Assembly (NCBI GenBank): GCA_965238005.1
Contig: OZ250165.1
Location: 448,001-512,000 of the forward strand
From: Longimicrobiales bacterium
GTDB taxonomy: Bacteria; Gemmatimonadota; Gemmatimonadetes; Longimicrobiales; Gaopeijiaceae
Length of the DNA stretch: 64,000 nt
Reading direction: 5' to 3'
Both the position numbers and the translations under genes were made by a program. Shown in pieces: positions 61,409 to 64,000 of this stretch (the stretch's first letter is position 1; every line of letters begins with the position of its first letter). A model generated the notes under the pieces. It searched no databases. It saw nothing but the letters and a program-made list of their open reading frames with translations, and had not been told where the DNA came from.

Positions 61409-62144
61409 GTGCCTCCGGCATGGCAGGGGCTCGGCCCGGGCGGCGGTCGACTATCTCGTCGGCGAGCGGGACGCCGAGGGGCACAGGCGCGAGGGCGTCG
61501 AAGTCCTCCGCGGGAATCCGGACATGGTGGCCGCCGTCGCCGACTCGCTGGAGTTCGAGCGCAAGTACACGTCGGTCGTGATCGCGTGGGCGCCAGACGA
61601 CCAGCCGACCGAGGAACAGATCGGAGCCGTGCTGGACGAGTTCGAGAAGACGGCGTGGGCGGGACTGGAGCCGGACCGCCACTCGTGGACGGCGGTCCTG
61701 CACCCCGAGCGCGGCGGCGGCGTCCACGTGCACGTCCTCGCCGCGCAGTGCGACCTGGAGACGGGCCGCAGCCTGAACATCGCGCCGCCCGGCTGGCAGA
61801 AGACCTTCGACCCGCTGCGCGGCGCTAAAACGCCTTCAATCACGAGCACGGTTGGAGCCGCCCCGACGACCCGGCGCGGGCCAGGGCGCAGCGGCCGGGC
61901 CACCTGGCCTACATCGAGGCGGCGAAGCTGCGGGCCGGCCTCGAGCACGAAGCCGACCCGCGCGAGTTGATCCGCGACTACCTGGTGCAGCGCGTCGAGC
62001 AAGGCGCGGTGCAGAGCCGCGCCGACGTGGTCTCCGCCCTGGAGGCGGTCGGCCTCGAAGTGCCGCGCCAGGGCAAGAACTACGTGACCGCCCGCGATCC
62101 GGACAGCGGAAAGCGGTGGCGGCTGAAAGGAGCGCTGTACGAGG

Positions 62145-62639
62145 ATGACTTCCAACCCGAACGACTTGAATTCCCGGCTGCGCCGCCGGCTGGAGGCCGA
62201 CCGCCGACAGATCGAGGAGACGGCCACGCGCGAGCTGAGGCGGCTCGGCGAGAGCTTGAGCGCCGCCGCAAGCGGCGCGCTGCGTTCCATCGAGGCCGAT
62301 ACGGCGGCGGCGACCGCGCGGGTGAGCGTCCTACTGAGGCGCGCGTGGGTCCGGCCCCTGGTGATCGGCCTGAGCCTTTTTCTCGGTATCAGCGGCGGCA
62401 GCTGGGCGACGATGCACTGGTTGTCGAGGAGCATCGAACGCCGGATCGGGACCTTGGCGACCGTGAACGTGCAAATCGAGCAGGCGAGAGAGATCCTGGC
62501 CGGGATCGAGGAGACGACCTGGGGCGTGACGCTGCGGGAGATCGACGGGGAGCGGTTCGTGGTGCTGCCGGCCGGCACGCTGGACTATCCGCCCTTGAAC
62601 TTGGGCGGGCGGCCTGCCGTGAAGCTGTCGAGAGAGTGA
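62145..62639 (+). CDS. MbeB-like mobilization protein nested in the relaxase gene
   Basis: Alternate frame inside the relaxase gene; coiled N-terminus, one TM segment and TWGVTL....GERFVVLP; GAGG RBS. Confidence 0.65.
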   Translation: MTSNPNDLNSRLRRRLEADRRQIEETATRELRRLGESLSAAASGALRSIEADTAAATARVSVLLRRAWVRPLVIGLSLFLGISGGSWATMHWLSRSIERRIGTLATVNVQIEQAREILAGIEETTWGVTLREIDGERFVVLPAGTLDYPPLNLGGRPAVKLSRE

Positions 62640-62648
62640 AGGAGCTAT

Positions 62649-62840
62649 ATGACCGAACTAGAACGGCAGTTGACGGCGGCCTTGGAGAGGTTGTCCGCTC
62701 AGTACGAGATGGAACAGCGGCGGCACTCCGAGCAGGTCGAAGCCTTGCGGCAGCAAGTCGAGCGGCTCTCCGGGCAAGTAACATGCTTGGACGCGGACTA
62801 CAGGACGCTCGCCGCGACGTTGCGCGGGCGCTGGAGCTGA
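62649..62840 (+). CDS. MbeD/MobD-like protein nested in the relaxase gene
   Basis: MTELERQLTAALERLSAQY...LRQQVERLSGQV resembles MbeD; AAGGAG RBS. Confidence 0.75.
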   Translation: MTELERQLTAALERLSAQYEMEQRRHSEQVEALRQQVERLSGQVTCLDADYRTLAATLRGRWS

Positions 62841-62956
62841 TGCGCCAGCGTGGGCGGGAGCGCGATCATGGTCCGAGCCGCTGATGGTTCCCGGCAGCGG
62901 AATGGTCCCCGCGCTCAAGGATCGGTCTTGCGGCAGCTCGGCGCGGCCTTCGGTTC

Positions 62957-64000
62957 TCAGCTCTCGTCGGCCAGGTAGGCTTCCCAATCGGCCATCAGGA
63001 CGCGCCTGCGCTCGAACAGGTCCGAGCGAGCGTACGCCGCTTCCGCCTTGTTGCGGACCACGTGCGCCAAGGCCGCCTCCATGACCGCATGGGGGGTGTC
63101 CGTGCATTCGGCCGCCCAGTCCCTGAAGCTGGACCGGAAGCCGTGCGGCACGGCCGCGATGCCCAGTCCTCGAAGCAGCCTGGGGAGGTTGGTGTCGGAA
63201 AACACGCGGCCCTCCGGCGACGGGAAGACTAGACCGCCGCCGCCCCCGAGCGTCCGCGCCTCGCTCAGGATCTCCATGGCCCGCCCGGACAGCGGCACCC
63301 TGTGGGGGCGCTGGGCCTTCATGCGCTCACCGGGGATGGTCCACTCGGCCGTCTCGAGATTGATGTCATCCCAGCTTGCCAAGCGAACCTCACTGGAGCG
63401 GCACGCCGTCAGCACCAGGAACTCGAAGGCGAGCCTTGTCGTGAGGGTCGACGCCGAAGTCCGGGCCGCCTCGATCGCGCCCGCGACCTCCGCGTGAGGC
63501 AACGCGCGCATGTGCCGGACTACGACGCGCTGTCGGCCGAGCGCTTGACCGAGCACATCGCCAGCGGGGTTGTCCGGCCGAAGCTCCATCGCCACCGCCC
63601 ACTTCATCACCGCCCCGATGCGCTGGCGCACCCGCCGGGCGGTCACCTGCTTGTCGTGCCAGATCGGTGTCAGAACCGCCAGAACGTCGGCTGTCGTTAT
63701 CTCGCCGACCGGTCGATTGCCCAGCTGTGGGAACGCATAGACGCGCAGGCTGGTGACCCAGTCCTTCGCATGCTTGGCGGTACGCCAGCCCGGCCGCAGC
63801 TGTTCCAGAACACGGGCGGCCGCCTCGGCGAACGTGGGCATGTCCCGGATCTTGTGCCGCTCGGTACGCGGATCGCCGCCCGAGCGCGCGATCTTGCGGT
63901 TCATGAATGCCTTCTCGCGCGCCTCGGCCAGCGATACCAGCTGGTAGCCCCCGAGCCCCATCGTGCGGGGTCGGCCCTGGATCCGTAGACGCTGCTCCCA
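62957..64000 (-). CDS. P4-like tyrosine integrase with Arm-DNA-binding domain, 5' end beyond the window
   Basis: MGLGGY..VSLAEAREKA, LTACRSSE, WTIPGERMK...HRVPLS, HGFRSSFRDW, LAH and AY.RSDLFERRR. Confidence 0.92.
   Translation of the reverse strand, partial: WEQRLRIQGRPRTMGLGGYQLVSLAEAREKAFMNRKIARSGGDPRTERHKIRDMPTFAEAAARVLEQLRPGWRTAKHAKDWVTSLRVYAFPQLGNRPVGEITTADVLAVLTPIWHDKQVTARRVRQRIGAVMKWAVAMELRPDNPAGDVLGQALGRQRVVVRHMRALPHAEVAGAIEAARTSASTLTTRLAFEFLVLTACRSSEVRLASWDDINLETAEWTIPGERMKAQRPHRVPLSGRAMEILSEARTLGGGGGLVFPSPEGRVFSDTNLPRLLRGLGIAAVPHGFRSSFRDWAAECTDTPHAVMEAALAHVVRNKAEAAYARSDLFERRRVLMADWEAYLADES

Larger units (their letters stand above)
61398..62884 (+). pseudogene. MbeA-like (MOBP/ColE1-type) relaxase, frameshifted near 61825
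   Basis: HGRGSARAAVDYL, EVLRGNP, KYTS.VI, FEKTAWAGL, VLH...VHVH, DLETGRSLNIAPP / FNHEHGWSRPDDP, RQGKNYVT and RLKGALY. Confidence 0.8.

Overview
GC-rich bacterial window. Gene content (DUF1592/DUF1552/ankyrin cluster, ADOP-type ABC permeases, eukaryote-like Ser/Thr kinase fragment, carboxypeptidase-regulatory TonB receptor) suggests a Gemmatimonadota/Acidobacteriota-like organism; this is inference. Bases 1-23 kb are mostly intact genes: a giant M14 peptidase, an SDR plus hydantoinase/oxoprolinase AB operon, a cytochrome-like DUF1592-DUF1552-ankyrin operon, cytochrome c', a tandem creatininase and ThuA/SGNH genes. At 23.2 kb the 3' half of a tRNA-Lys(UUU) marks an att site. Beyond it lies an island-like mosaic containing: (i) an XRE-ImmA-like regulator whose HEXXH is HGLAH, with an 11-bp operator-like inverted repeat, coupled to IMPase and bifunctional IPCT/DIPPS (CDP-inositol pathway); (ii) two IS1182 copies, IS256, IS3 and IS481 elements or remnants; (iii) Fic and a truncated RES gene; (iv) a decayed VirD4-VirB11-ArdC-Replic_Relax-integrase module; (v) a ColE1-style oriT-mobC-mbeA/B/D module with a 3H relaxase beside a P4-like integrase. 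More than 20 short gene fragments and internal deletions indicate strong erosion or assembly chimerism. All family calls come from motif recognition by eye; no database searches were run.
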